From the human T2T-CHM13v2.0 reference genome, Homo sapiens, in NCBI RefSeq assembly GCF_009914755.1, contig NC_060936.1: DNA of 64,000 nt. One strand, written 5' to 3'. This document shows positions 37,857-59,858 of the stretch, piece after piece. A program made the position numbers and the translations under genes. Within the stretch, counting starts at the first letter, position 1; each line of letters opens with the position of its first letter. The notes under the pieces are model-generated. The model worked only from the letters and a program-made list of their open reading frames with translations. It was not told the DNA's origin and made no database searches.

Positions 37857-38447
37857 TTTCATGCAGCTTTGTGGGATGGGTGCTTGCTAGTATGATAACC
37901 AGGTGGAAAACAAACATAAAATCTAAAGTCAGGGAACACAAGCCTTTAAACGCATTGAGGTAAAGACAGGGAAAACTGTCTCTTTCATAAAACAATGTAA
38001 ATGGCATTTCAAGACACACACAAAAAGCTAGTAACTGCTCTAAAACTTTGCTTGCATCTGTAATAGTCCTCATAAAGAACGACTTTTGTTAAAGCAACTT
38101 TTTAATCTTCCTTTGTTAGGTTAGTGTAGGCAGAGTTCACTTTGAATTTGATAACACTGTAGAAAATAAGTCCTCAGGATTAAGAAAGAAAACATTTGAG
38201 AAATGTTGATTTTCCTGTCTAAACTGGGTTTAAATCATCCATCCATCACTCCCGTTGATCCTGAAGGGCCTAATCCCAGCTCTCAGGCCTGTCCCACTTT
38301 CACGAAGGTCTTCCTTCCTCTTTCCTCTCCCTTCTTCAAAAATGAATCCGTTCCACATCAGGGCTAGGTGAATTATCCTAAATCAAAATTTGAATCGTGT
38401 CAGAGTCCTACTCAAATATCTTCAATGATTATTGAATAAAGCCTGGC

Positions 38448-39151
<704 letters not shown>

Positions 39152-39218
39152 TATTGGCCAGGCACCGTGGCTCATGCCTATAATCCCAGCATTTTAGGAG
39201 GCCGAGGCAGGTGGATCA

Positions 39219-39458
<240 letters not shown>

Positions 39459-39950
39459 TTAACTAACTTGTGGTAATAATTTCACAATATACATGTATAT
39501 CAAAACATCATGTGCACATACTTTAAATGTATACAATTTTATTTGTCAATTATACTTCAGTGAAGCTGAAAAGATATTTTAAAAACTGTAATAAAATAAA
39601 TGTAAGATAAAGTAATAAAAGATGGTTAACATGGGCCAGGCGCAGTGGCTCACACTTGTAATCTTTGGGAGGCCAAGGCAGGAAGATCACCTGAAGTTGG
39701 GAGTTCAAGACCAGCCTGACCAACATGGAGAAACAACATCTCTACTAAAAATACAAAACTAGCCAGCCATAGTGGCGCAAGCCTGTAATCCCAGCTACTT
39801 TGGAGGCTGAGGCAAGAGAATCTCTTGAACCTGGGGGCGGAGGTTGCGGTCAGCCGAGCTTGCACCATTGCACTCCAACTTGGGCAACAAGAGTGAAACT
39901 TCGTCTCAAAAAAAAAAAAAAAAAAAAAAAAAAGATGGTTCACATGGTAA

Positions 39951-41418
<1,468 letters not shown>

Positions 41419-41439
41419 TACTGTCAAGTAATAAGGGAG

Positions 41440-43230
<1,791 letters not shown>

Positions 43231-43399
43231 CGGCGATGATGCTAGGGTAATGCACTAAAAATAGTGTTCCCTTTCTCTTTCATCCCAGAGGCCGGGAACA
43301 TAAAGATAAAAAACATGTTCCTCCCTTTAAGTTCTCATGGTGGTGAAGCGGATGGAGAGAGACATATAAACAAGTGTTTCGCTTTGTTTTTTAATTAAT

Positions 43400-44690
<1,291 letters not shown>

Positions 44691-44711
44691 AAGGGTTTTA
44701 AAAGTCATCTT

Positions 44712-44742
44712 CACTTGATCTTAGCCAAAAGGCCGAGAAGCG
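44712..44742 (-). pseudogene. U2 snRNA 5' fragment (about nt 3-33) retrocopy
   Basis: Reverse complement CGCTTCTCGGCCTTTTGGCTAAGATCAAGTG is the U2 5' end; imperfect TSD aaaagtcatctt/aaaagacttctt. Confidence 0.9.
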
Positions 44743-44967
44743 GGAAAAGACTTCTTCTATACAAGTGCCAATATATAAGCAACACAGATAATTGCTTGCA
44801 TGAAGTGAAGACAGTTCTTTGAGTTCCTTAACTTTTCTCTAGCAGTGCTCTAAAGCTATAAATGTCCTTCTTTCTCTGTGTAGCTATCAGTGGGACACAA
44901 TCACCAGGCTACCACCCCCCTCCCCCCACTCACAGGAAAACAGCTACATGATGACTGAAGTGCTTAG

Positions 44968-45180
<213 letters not shown>

Positions 45181-45479
45181 TAGTAGAGATAGGGTTTCTA
45201 CATGTTGATCAGGCTGGTCTCGAACTCCCGACCTCAGGTGATCCGCCCGCCTCAGCCTCCCAAAGTGCTGGGATTACAGGTGTGAGCCACCGCGCCTGGC
45301 CACATAAATGTTTTAATATAGGCATGCAATGTAAAATAATCACCTCATGGAGAATGGGGTATCCATCTCCTCAAGCATTTATGCTTTGAGTTACCCCCTC
45401 ATCTTTTTAGACCCTCAGACAACTTAGTCAGCTGACCAATCCTTCCTGAGAAATAAATGTTCTTTTTCACCCTTTTTTA

Positions 45480-46190
45480 TGTCTTCCTGAGGAAGGCTGA
45501 CGGTGAATGAAGCGCATTAGACTGAGAATAGCTGCTGAGTAGAAAGCCGGTGGGAAAACAGAGAATTTCCTGGAGGCATGGGAGGGGCACGCCGTAATGA
45601 GTGGGAATGTCACAGGCGCTGTTTCAAAAAGAGTGGATGAAAGCCTGAGAATGCGGCTGTAAAGGCTACTGGAAGGCTCCTCGGGCAGGGGACAGGATGT
45701 GAGCCCCTGGAATAGACTCATAAAAGAAAATGTTAGCACATACCATTGAATTCACTGAGACACATGAGAAAATATGGGAAAGTCGGAGAGTGGAAGAAAA
45801 TGTAAAGACCCCCCTCCTCCCCAAAGAGTACGTTGTGTAGTGGGGTAGAGTGGAAAATCAATCCAAGAAAAGTAGCAAACGGACCCAAAGATGAAGAGGA
45901 AGAAAAGAAACAGCAACACGAAACGAAAAAAAAAGCCACCAGATTTGTTGCAACGTTGATGTAAACCTGGCCGTCTTCCTGAACCAGTGACCCAGGGTTT
46001 CCGCTTCCCTTTGCTGTCATCTTGCTCAAGTCTAGAAGCTGAAATATCATCATCAACTCGACATGAGGGGATAACCTCTAGATCCACTCATCAGATGCTC
46101 ATCAGACGTTCCAATTACAAAACTGAACCTCTTCTTAGTGCTGGGGCGGTTAGAATGCAAACATTTCAAGAAAAAAACACATTGTTTTCT
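45480..46190 (-). promoter_or_regulatory. Promoter/enhancer-like unique block with a candidate exon
   Basis: Alu-free, locally CpG-enriched; GC box 46143-46150, CCAAT 46111-46115, NF-kB-like 45561-45570, donor ATG|GTATGT at 45744/45743. Confidence 0.45.
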
Positions 46191-46329
46191 AGTGGTGATA
46201 GAATTGAGGGTGAGTTCTTCCTTCCTTTATTGTTGTCTTTTCTTTTATTTTTTTCTACTTTACTGAAGGGCACATGCAATAAAGCAGATAAAAATGCACT
46301 AATCTGGAGTTTACAGTTGGGTGAATATT

Positions 46330-46800
46330 TATATCTGTATTCACAGGCATAACCATTAACCAGATCAAGATCTAGATTCTTTAACATTTCTTGCTCCTCA
46401 AAAAGTTTCCTAGTGCTGGTTCCAGTCTATAGCCTCCTTCTCCAGAAGAAATTGCTATTTTTACTTCCGCCATCATCAATGAATTTTGTTGTTCTTGACC
46501 TTTAAATGGAACCATACAGTATGTACTCTTTTGTGCTCAGATGTTTTTTCACTGAGCATCGTGTCTACGAGTACTATGTGGTGGTGTTGGTAGTTCATTC
46601 CTTCTTACTGCTGAGTAGTATTCCACTTTTGGCTATGACAACATTTACTTATCTATTCTCCCACTGATGTATGCATCATTGTTTCCAGTTCGAGCTATTA
46701 TAAACATTCCTGATATTTGCTGAATGTATGAATTCTTTTCTCTCGATTGTATACTTGTTGTATGCTTAGGAATGAGATTGCTGGGTTGCTATTTTTTGCC
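46330..46800 (-). mobile_element. Old L1 (L1ME-like) 3' fragment
   Basis: aaatggaaccatacagtatgtactctttt...tagttcattcc...gctgagtagtattcca. Confidence 0.55.
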
Positions 46801-46805
46801 AGTAA

Positions 46806-47110
<305 letters not shown>

Positions 47111-47412
47111 TAAATCGTAAATTCTAAGCAAAAACAAGTGAGCTACATCTTTGTCTTAATATGTATATGGTATTTTAATAATCTTTTTATCCATTATTTC
47201 AATTGATCCTCAAAACTTTTGTGGTAAGTAAGTAAAGTAGTTAACATTATCACCATTTTATAGGTGCAAAAACTGAAAGAGAATTTAAATGATCAATTTA
47301 AGGTCAGAATATTAATAAGTTGTGAATTACGACTAGAAACTGCATTTTCTGATCCCTAGCCACGTTCATTTTTCCTTATACATTCTTTCTATTTCACTAG
47401 CCTCGTGAATGG

Positions 47413-47501
47413 AGAGGTCACCCAATCATCCCGTTTGCCCAGGACTATCTCAGTTTTAGCACTGAAAGTACCTGGGCAAACCTCTATGGTTGGTCATTTT
47501 A
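47413..47501 (+). mobile_element. MER94-like hAT fragment
   Basis: cccgtttgcccaggact...gttttagcactgaaag...ggttggtca. Confidence 0.55.
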
Positions 47502-47695
47502 CAAAACAAAGAAAGGGGTCAATGGATATCACAGCTTGCAAATGGCAGAGAAAAACAAAACCAACTTGATTTAGTCTATTCATGCTCCTCCATTCCCAAA
47601 GGAAAGTTATTTTTAATCAAGGAACAATAAAATAACCACACATTTATGTACTATGTATGTCAACTGTATTGCTTGACTTCGGAAATCATCTAGAC

Positions 47696-48545
<850 letters not shown>

Positions 48546-48854
48546 AAAACTGATCTAACCAATTTTATTTACAGATATTTGGATATTTATATAATTTAAA
48601 GATCTCTGAGCAGAATTATTCCATTGCTTTAACTCACTCAACAACCCTTCCCTACATGAAACAAATCTCATTATTGGTTAAAAAAAAAAAAAACTTTATC
48701 CTTATTAAATCTCTTATCTAACATTCTGGTCCTAAATAAGAGTGGATAATATCATTTCATGTTGGTTTTTTTCTTTATTGGTCTTTTTCTAAGGGCATTC
48801 CAAGTGTATTTCATGTATCACTTAAAGTATGGTGTCCAGAACTAATCTTAGTGA

Positions 48855-49082
<228 letters not shown>

Positions 49083-49411
49083 TAGTAGAGACAGGGTTTC
49101 ACTGTGTTGGCCAGGCTGGTCTCGAACTCCTGACCTCATGATCCACCTGCCCTGGCCTCCCGAAGTGCTGGGATTACAGGTGTGAGCCACCACGTCTGGT
49201 CCTGAATATTCATAAATTTTAAAAGAAAATATACCTGTGGCGGCCGGGCGCAGTGGCCACACCTGTAATCCCAGCACTTTGGGAGGCCGAGGTGGGTGGA
49301 TCACCTGAGGTTGGGAGTTCAAGGCCAGCCTGACCAACATAGAGAAACCCTGTCTCTACTAAAAATACAAAATTAACCAAGTGTGGTGGTGCATGCCTGT
49401 AATCCCAGCTA

Positions 49412-49650
<239 letters not shown>

Positions 49651-50774
49651 AAGAAGAAAAAAAGAACTATACATGTTTAAGAATCATGAGACCTAGAAAC
49701 AAAGAAAGGAAGAATAGTTCATCTGAATCACAAGGAAGGGAAAACAGATGACAGGTTAATTTACAACAGAAAGGATTTGCTGAATGAGTTTTGCCAGCAG
49801 GGACTGGATTTGGGCTCCCAATTTGTGTTTTCTTAGGGTTTTGTGTAACTTGGCTGGTATCAGTCTTCATAGTTTCTCTGTACTCTGTTCTAGGACTCAA
49901 TCCAAAAGGTCACCTTCCAGCTCCAATCTGGCTTCTCTTAGCCCATCTATTCTAGCTCTCTCTTTTCCTTCCCCTCATTCTTCCCCAGAGAGAGGTTGCT
50001 ATGGGGATGTCATCATCATAGAAAGCCAGCTGGTAGAGAGAAGCAGTGACAGAAGCAGAAACAAAAGGGTGCAGAAAGAAAAATAAAAGACGAAGGTAAA
50101 AACAACAGGCGCAGACATAGGTGAGAATTGAGATAGTCAAAAGAGGAACTACACAGGTGATAAAATGCCATCAACACATTTACTTCTAGAAATGGATGGA
50201 GGCATTGCCCACAGTTAGAGGAACACAGCAGAGGAACCAAGGCAACAGACACGAGCAAACCCAGGGACCTGAAATAGATGTAGAGACACAGGAGGAGAGA
50301 GACACGGTCAGATGACAAACCCAATTTGCAGGATTCTGCAGAAAGCAGCTGCAGACAGAATCTAGCTAAGCATAGAGACTGTTTCAAGGCAGCGTTTTAT
50401 TTATCCTCATCTGCCTCCCTGAGTCATTTCTATTTCCAAGGAATGAACCAGTGGGAGGTTATAAAGGGGTTACCTTCACTTCCTTATTGTTTTCCACTTT
50501 GTTTTCTTGCCTGTCATCTTCTGACGTGCACAGAAAGGAACCTCCCTAGGACAACCAAAAGCCAGGAATATGTCCCTTAGACACAGCTCTTATGTCTTGA
50601 CTGTTCTCCTGCCATCTCTTCAATATTTGTATCTCAGATTGTCTTTTTTTTTTTATTATTTTTTACAACTCCCTTTCTTGTTCTTTGTTTTTCTTTTTCC
50701 ATTTACCCCAGGTAGCCACTAACTTAATGCTCCTTACGTCTATTCCATTCTCTTTTCCAGTCTCTATTACCTAG

Positions 50775-51404
<630 letters not shown>

Positions 51405-51570
51405 TGAGACACTGCGCCCGCTTTCACTGAGTTCTTATTTGGACCTCTCAATCTTCGGGCAAGATAACATCTTGATAAAAACATCCATACATTGGGCGTG
51501 GTGGCTCATGCCTGTAATCCCAGCACTTTGGAAGATCGAGGTGGGAGGATTGCTTGAGTCCAGGAGTTCA

Positions 51571-51783
<213 letters not shown>

Positions 51784-52655
51784 TCAAGAAATAACAGCTT
51801 TCTAAACCCAGAAAGAATTGAATGAGCTTTTTTTTAAAGGTGATGAAAAAAATTAAAATGTATGTGGATATATATTGAAAAAGTCTGGGCTGGGTGCAGT
51901 GGCTCATGCCTGTAATCCCAGCAATTTGGGAGGCTGAGGCAGGCGGATCACGAGGTAGGGAAATGGAGACCAGCCTGGCCAACCTGGTAAAACCCCGTCT
52001 CTACTAAAAATGCAAAAAAAAATTAGCCGGGTGTGGCGGCGAGCACCTGTAGTCCCAGCTACTCGGGAGGCCTTGAGGCAGGAGAATCGCTTGAACCTGG
52101 GAGGTAGAGGTTGCAGTGAGCCGAGATCAGGGCACTGAACTCCAGCCTGGGTGACAGAGCGAGACTCCATCTCAAAAAAAAAAAAAAAAGGAAAAAGTCT
52201 ACAAAATGCACAACACTCTGCTGTACGATGCAGGGAACCCAAAGTCCCTGACCTCAAAAGTTACAATGTGGTGCTGGAGGGGACAAGACAAGAAAGTGCT
52301 AAAAAAAAAAAAAAAAGAGCCAAGAATCACGAGATTTTATTCACGTGGAAACACCCAGAAAGGCTTCTTGAAGTTGGTATTTGGAAGGGATCTTGGAAGA
52401 TGGGTAGACTAAGAGATAAGAGATAAAGATTAGACAAGAGCATTTCAGTAAGGTGGAATGGCCTGGGCACATGTCTGGTGGTGGGCAGTTTGTGGGAAGG
52501 CTGGGGAATGGTGCTTAGTCCAGTTTAGCTGAGGAATAAGGCACTTACAGGAGTCTAGGAAGAGATAATGCTGGAAAAGCAAGTTCGGGGATGCTGCAGC
52601 AGTCTTTGAATACCAGTAGTTCTACTTCAAGTGTAAGCCCTCAGGTGAGGAATGA

Positions 52656-52945
<290 letters not shown>

Positions 52946-52989
52946 TGAGCCGCCAGGCCAGGCCATTTATTTATTATTTATTTATTTTT

Positions 52990-53089
52990 AAGGCTAGTCA
53001 AGTGAAGCTGTGAGAGTGGAGAAGGAACAAAGAAAATTGTTACTGGTTGTGATCAGTTGGTTGTAAGGACCACTGCATTTAGACCAGCT
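52990..53089 (-). pseudogene. Y3 RNA (RNY3) retropseudogene; an Alu is inserted in its tail
   Basis: Reverse complement matches HY3 over its full length; the Alu at about 52675-52964 is flanked by duplicated atttatttattatt. Confidence 0.9.
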
Positions 53090-54821
53090 ATGAAGGAAAA
53101 TCTTAGGGCTTTTTTTCTCTGTCACAGCACCTACATACTACTTGTGTTCCACATACATCAAATGTGTCTCTTTTATCCTAGATGCTTTGCCTCAGTTAAA
53201 ATGTTTTTTCTTGGTCTGTGCTTTTTTCACTCTTGCTTTTCCATTGTTTTCCTCGACCTCAACCCTGAACCCCAATTTGGTTGCTTCAGAGGCTTTCTGG
53301 AGAGAAACACCCTTGGTACAACAGCAGAAAGCATTTTCTGCAAGCAATCTTCCCTCACCTGTGTTTTTAGAACAAAGACAAGGTTGGAAGTTAGAAAACG
53401 TAAGTATCAGCACAGACTGTGGTACAGACTACACTACAGACTGTGCTGAAAACTTAAGTCATTAAACCTGTGTCTCAGTTCTCTAATTCTAGAAGGTGGT
53501 CTTATGGCTGAAGAAGGATACTAGCTATTTTATTCTGTGCAGTCTCAAGGGTTCTACAAATACACAGCCCTAACAAATACTTCCTGACCAATGCATCTGA
53601 AGTAGTCATCACCCCGGAAGAAAGGTGAAAAATTATATAAATATTTCAACTACAAATCAGGTGTTCACTTATCAATCCTCTTTCAAATATATACTTGAAA
53701 CTGCCAAGTTTTTGGAGCCTTTCCCTGGTTCATGTTTGGGTCTGGAACATATAGACATAGTCAATAATAATTTAATAAATGACTAGCTGACTGAATAAAT
53801 CTCTAGCTCTAAATATAAAAGCATTGAGATCAGGAAACATTACTGTCCTCTATCTTTAAAATAATGAAAATGTAATAAGTAAAAAAGCATTAGGAAAAGA
53901 TTATTTTTGCCACTAGATTCTAAGTGGTTAACATAGAATTTGAAGAATCAGAAGCATGTGAAAACAGTGACTTAGTTGTATCTGGGTATGGCTGAGAAAG
54001 AATTTTTCTCCCCTTTCATCTTTTAATCTCCATTAGACATTGCTCCTCTCAGGTAGCCTGAGAATGAAGCTATTTACTTTTGTCTCATTAGCTCTTCTTT
54101 GATCCTGACAGCTGCAGTCAATACAAAAGAAATGCCACAGCCCCAGGAAAAGATTCCAATGTCCCCACGTGGAGGACGTGCAGAGACAGCATCATTCTTT
54201 GTCTCCCACATTCTTATCTACCTGGTGACGGGACAGTGACTTCTGCCCCCATCTCTCTCACTAATAAGTAGCTAGTCAACATGATTAGTATAGCCTCATT
54301 CCAAAATAGCTACATGTCTCACTAGGGGTCCTAAAAGATAAGAACAGAGCTTCTAGTTTAAGTTGTATTGTATTTACTTAGTTTTTAGAGATGACAGAAG
54401 AAAAACAGGATTACTTACCTCCTCAAGAAAAACCTTACAACTGTAACAAATGAATAAACGTGGGGAAGAGAAACAGAAGGCCAGAAAGGAAAATGAGATA
54501 TGGTGAAAGTATAATTTTTCTTTAAATAACAGTATATGAACATAGTGTCCAAATTTAATCATCGGGCACTGTTAATATTAAAAAAATTATGTAGATTGAG
54601 AATGGTGACAGAAAAATGTAAACTTTTCCATTTTACAAATGTGGAAAAAAGCAGTGCTTCATTTTTTCCCCATCTAGAAAGATTATTCACAGATGATTTC
54701 TATGTAATAAAAGAAGAGAGCAGTGATTAGTTGGAAGTAGAATTATTTCAGTAAGTTTAAAACTTTTCTAACTTTTTCCCATAAAGTTAATAAAATCAGA
54801 GAAATACCATAGTCCCAAATA

Positions 54822-55020
54822 TAGGTATTACTGACATTTGGGGCCAGACAATTCTTTGTTACAGAGGCTTGTCCCATGCATTACAGAATGGTTAGCAGAA
54901 TCCCTGGCCTCTCCCCACTAGAAATATGTAATCCCTTTCTTGTAATCATGACAACAAAAATATCTCCAGATATTGCCAAATGTCCACTGGGAGCAAGTCA
55001 CCACTGTTTGAGAACCACTG
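54822..55020 (+). mobile_element. MER20 (hAT-Charlie)
   Basis: ctgacatttggggccagacaattctttgtt...tctccagatattgccaaatgtcc...gagaaccactg. Confidence 0.8.
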
Positions 55021-55023
55021 CCT

Positions 55024-56300
<1,277 letters not shown>

Positions 56301-56309
56301 CAATGATGG

Positions 56310-56735
56310 CTTTCCCCCTGACTTCCAGAGTCAATATCACTTGATCTTGGCCAAAAGACTGAGAAGTGATTAGAGTCATATATCTATAGCCTGTCTTATT
56401 TGTATCTGGGTGGTCAAAAAGCCTCTCAAATTAAGCATAGCCAAAGGAGAAGTCCTGTTTATCTTTCAAACTCCCAAATCTTTTCCTTCTCTAGTCTTTT
56501 ACATCTCAGTAAATATTTTATCACTGTTCACCAAATTGCAAAAGCTAGGAGTTATTCAGGATTTTTCTCTTTCCCACACCTTCCATATCTAATCCACCAA
56601 CAAAAACTGTTACCTTTATCTCCAAAATACTCTTAGATTCCTTCCACTCGCACATGTCTGCTACACCATACTTGTCAAAGCCATTATAAACTGTCCCTTG
56701 ATCTACTGAAGTAGTCTCCTAATGAGTCTCACTGA
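56310..56735 (+). mobile_element. L2 fragment
   Basis: ctcaaattaagcatagccaaa...catctcagtaaat...tctccaaaatac...tagtctcctaatgagtctc. Confidence 0.65.
56338..56370 (-). pseudogene. U2 snRNA 5' fragment (about nt 1-33) retrocopy inside an L2
   Basis: Reverse complement ATCACTTCTCAGTCTTTTGGCCAAGATCAAGTG; flanked by duplicated agagtca..tatc. Confidence 0.85.
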
Positions 56736-57947
56736 TTCCTCTCTTTTCTTTTGTTTTTTGTTTGTTTGTTTGCTTTTTGAGATGGAGTTTCACTCTGGTT
56801 GCCCAGGCTGGAGTGCAATGGCCCACGAGTGCAATGGCTCACAATGGAGTGCGATCTCGGCTCATGGCAACCTCCGCCTCCCGGGTTCAAACAATTCTCC
56901 TGCCTCAGCCTCCTGAGTAGCTGGGATTACAGGCATGTACCACCACACCCGGCTAATTTTGTATTTTTAGTAAAGATGGGGTTTCTCCATGTTGGTCAGG
57001 CTGGTCTCAAACTCCTGGCCTCAGCTGATCTGCCCACCTCGACCTCCCGAAATTCTGGGATTACAGGCATCTCACTTTATTATTTTATTTTTTATTTTTT
57101 GAGATGGAGTCTCGCTCTGTCACCCAGTCTGGAGTGTAGTGGCGCGATCTCAGCTCAATGCAACCTCCGCCTCCCGTGTTCAAGCAATTCTCTGCCTCAG
57201 CCTCCCGAGTAGCTGGGATAACGGGTGTCTGCCACCACGACCAGCTAATTTTTGTATTTTTAGTAGAAACAGCGTTTCACCATGTTGGCGAGGCTGGTCT
57301 TGAACTCCTGACCTCGTGATCCACCCACCTCGGCCTCCCAAAGGGCTGGGATTACAGGCATGAGCCACCGCATCCAGCCAGGTATCGCACTTTATATATA
57401 GCTTGGGAAATCAATGAGCATCATCTGTCCAGTCTTCATCACTTCCCAGAGTAACCCCTTGATTCCCACTCTGGACATTAGGCATTCCATCTTTACATCC
57501 TCTTAAGACAGTTATGTCAATTTCAATTTCTTTTCAGGGAGGGCAGGTAAAACAAAAGCATGCTTCCTCTATTTGTTTTCATTTTTATTTCTTGGAGATG
57601 GGGTCTCCCTATGTTGCCCATAGACTGGTCTCAAACTCCTGAGCTCAAGCCATCTTCCTGCCTCAGCCTCCAAAAGTGCTGGGATTACAAGCATGAGCCA
57701 CTGAGCCCAACTCTCTGTTTGTTTTTTGATGACCACCCCCTTGCTCCCCAAATGGCTGTATCAGCAAAGTTGGGAGCTTAAGAAGAAATCTAAACAGGCC
57801 ATTACTACCCCTGCAGCTGCCTGTTCTCCTCAACCAGTGTGATGCCACCCTTACCCGAAACGTTTACACATGTACCACTGCTTCTTCCACAAATGCTCCT
57901 TTTTTTTTCTTTTTCTTTGTTTTTGTTGAGACAGGGTCTCACTCTGA

Positions 57948-58037
<90 letters not shown>

Positions 58038-58440
58038 TAGCTGGGATTACAGGCTCACTCCACCAGCCCGGCTAATTTTTGTATTTTTAGTAGAAACGGG
58101 GTTTCACCATGTTAGCCAGGATGGTCTTGATCTCCTGACCTCGTGATCTGCCCGCCTCAGCCTCCCAAAGTGCTGGGATTACAGGTGTGAGCCACCGCGC
58201 CTGGCTTACAAAAGCTCCCTCTCAATGCACCAGCCTCACAACATGAAGTAGACTTTTAAAAAATCATTTTATAATTATAATTAGCCATATCATATTGTAA
58301 AAATTTTTATATTTTTAATGCAAAACCAGACATGTAAAATTCTGACTAAGTTGATTACACGTATTTAACAAAGTCATTTTCCAAAACTTCAGCTTTCATG
58401 GGTTTTGTTTCCTAAAACTGGTTTTCTTAAGAATGTGCCT

Positions 58441-58742
58441 GCCCAGTCGTAGTGGTGCGTGCCTATAATCCCAGGTAGTTGGGAGGCTTAGGCGAGAGGA
58501 TCACTTGAGGCCAGCAGTTCTGGGCTGAAGTGTGCTTTGCACATCAGGTGTTGACACTAAGTTTGGCATCAGTATGATAATCTCCCACGAGCGGGGGACC
58601 ACAAAGTTACCTAAGGAGAAGTGAACTAGCTTCTCCACAGAGCATGGCCCATATAAGTCCCGTGCTGATCCGCAGTGGGATGGCGCCTGTGAATAGCCAG
58701 TTATTGCACTCCAGCCAGAACAACATAGCAAGATCCTGTCTC
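58441..58742 (+). pseudogene. Full-length 7SL (SRP RNA) retropseudogene
   Basis: Alu-domain 5' end, S-domain (CACTAAGTTTGGCATCA...GAGCGGGGGACCAC...CCCGTGCTGATC...GCGCCTGTGAATAGCCA) and 3' end with short A tail; the helix-8 region is degraded. Confidence 0.9.
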
Positions 58743-58944
58743 AAAAACTAATGTGTGTGGTTTGCTCATTTTTCTTTTCTACTTTTCGCTACTTTCTTCT
58801 ACTTTGCAAAAGAAAAGCTATCTCTAACCCATGTTAAACTTTTACTGTGGTGCAAGATGCACAATTTAAGAGTGCATAGCTGCTGAGGAAGAGCACTATT
58901 GACGGCATCGATGGAGATGATTAAACGGAGCACCACCCTACTTT

Positions 58945-59178
58945 ATCCAAGTGTGATTATCCATGGATGAATGACATCAGTATCTTCAGGGAGGCTGTTA
59001 GACATACAAATTCTCGGCTCCACCCCAGGCCTGCTGAGTCACAATTTCAGCAGAGTGGGATCAGGAAATCTGTATTAACAAGCCTTTGAAGTGGGTATTA
59101 ATGAATGCTAATTTTTTTTTTTTTTTTGAGACAGAGTCTCGCCCTGTCGCTCAGGTTGGAATGCAAAGTTTTAGAAGG
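58945..59178 (+). mobile_element. MER5A-like element with a ~50-bp Alu 3' fragment
   Basis: gttagacatacaaattctcggctccaccccaggcctgctgagtc...aatctgtattaacaagcc. Confidence 0.6.
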
Positions 59179-59201
59179 ATCAATTGGTAAACAAACCCTA
59201 A

Positions 59202-59562
<361 letters not shown>

Positions 59563-59699
59563 TCATAAAACACATATAGGCCAGGCACGGTGGCTCACGC
59601 CTGTAATCCTAGCATTTTGGGAGGCCAAGGTGGGTGGATGACTTGAGGTCAGAAGTTTGAGACCGGCCTGACCAAAATGGTGAAACCCCGTCTCTATTA

Positions 59700-59858
<159 letters not shown>

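Noticed and set aside
45733-46087. 107- and 111-aa minus-strand ORFs as the GLUT14 N-terminus
   Set aside because: Both are out of frame with the ATG|GT donor to phase-0 acceptor junction and resemble no GLUT14 N-terminus I recall; treated as possible uORFs.
53201-53399. Loose resemblance of one frame to a prohormone (osteocrin-like) pro-region
   Set aside because: Memory-based, low identity, lacks the conserved mature-peptide motif, and has a different exon layout.
58441-58742. Functional 7SL gene (likewise the Y and U2 copies)
   Set aside because: Many substitutions, CpG decay, degraded helix 8, and A tails or TSDs indicate retropseudogenes.
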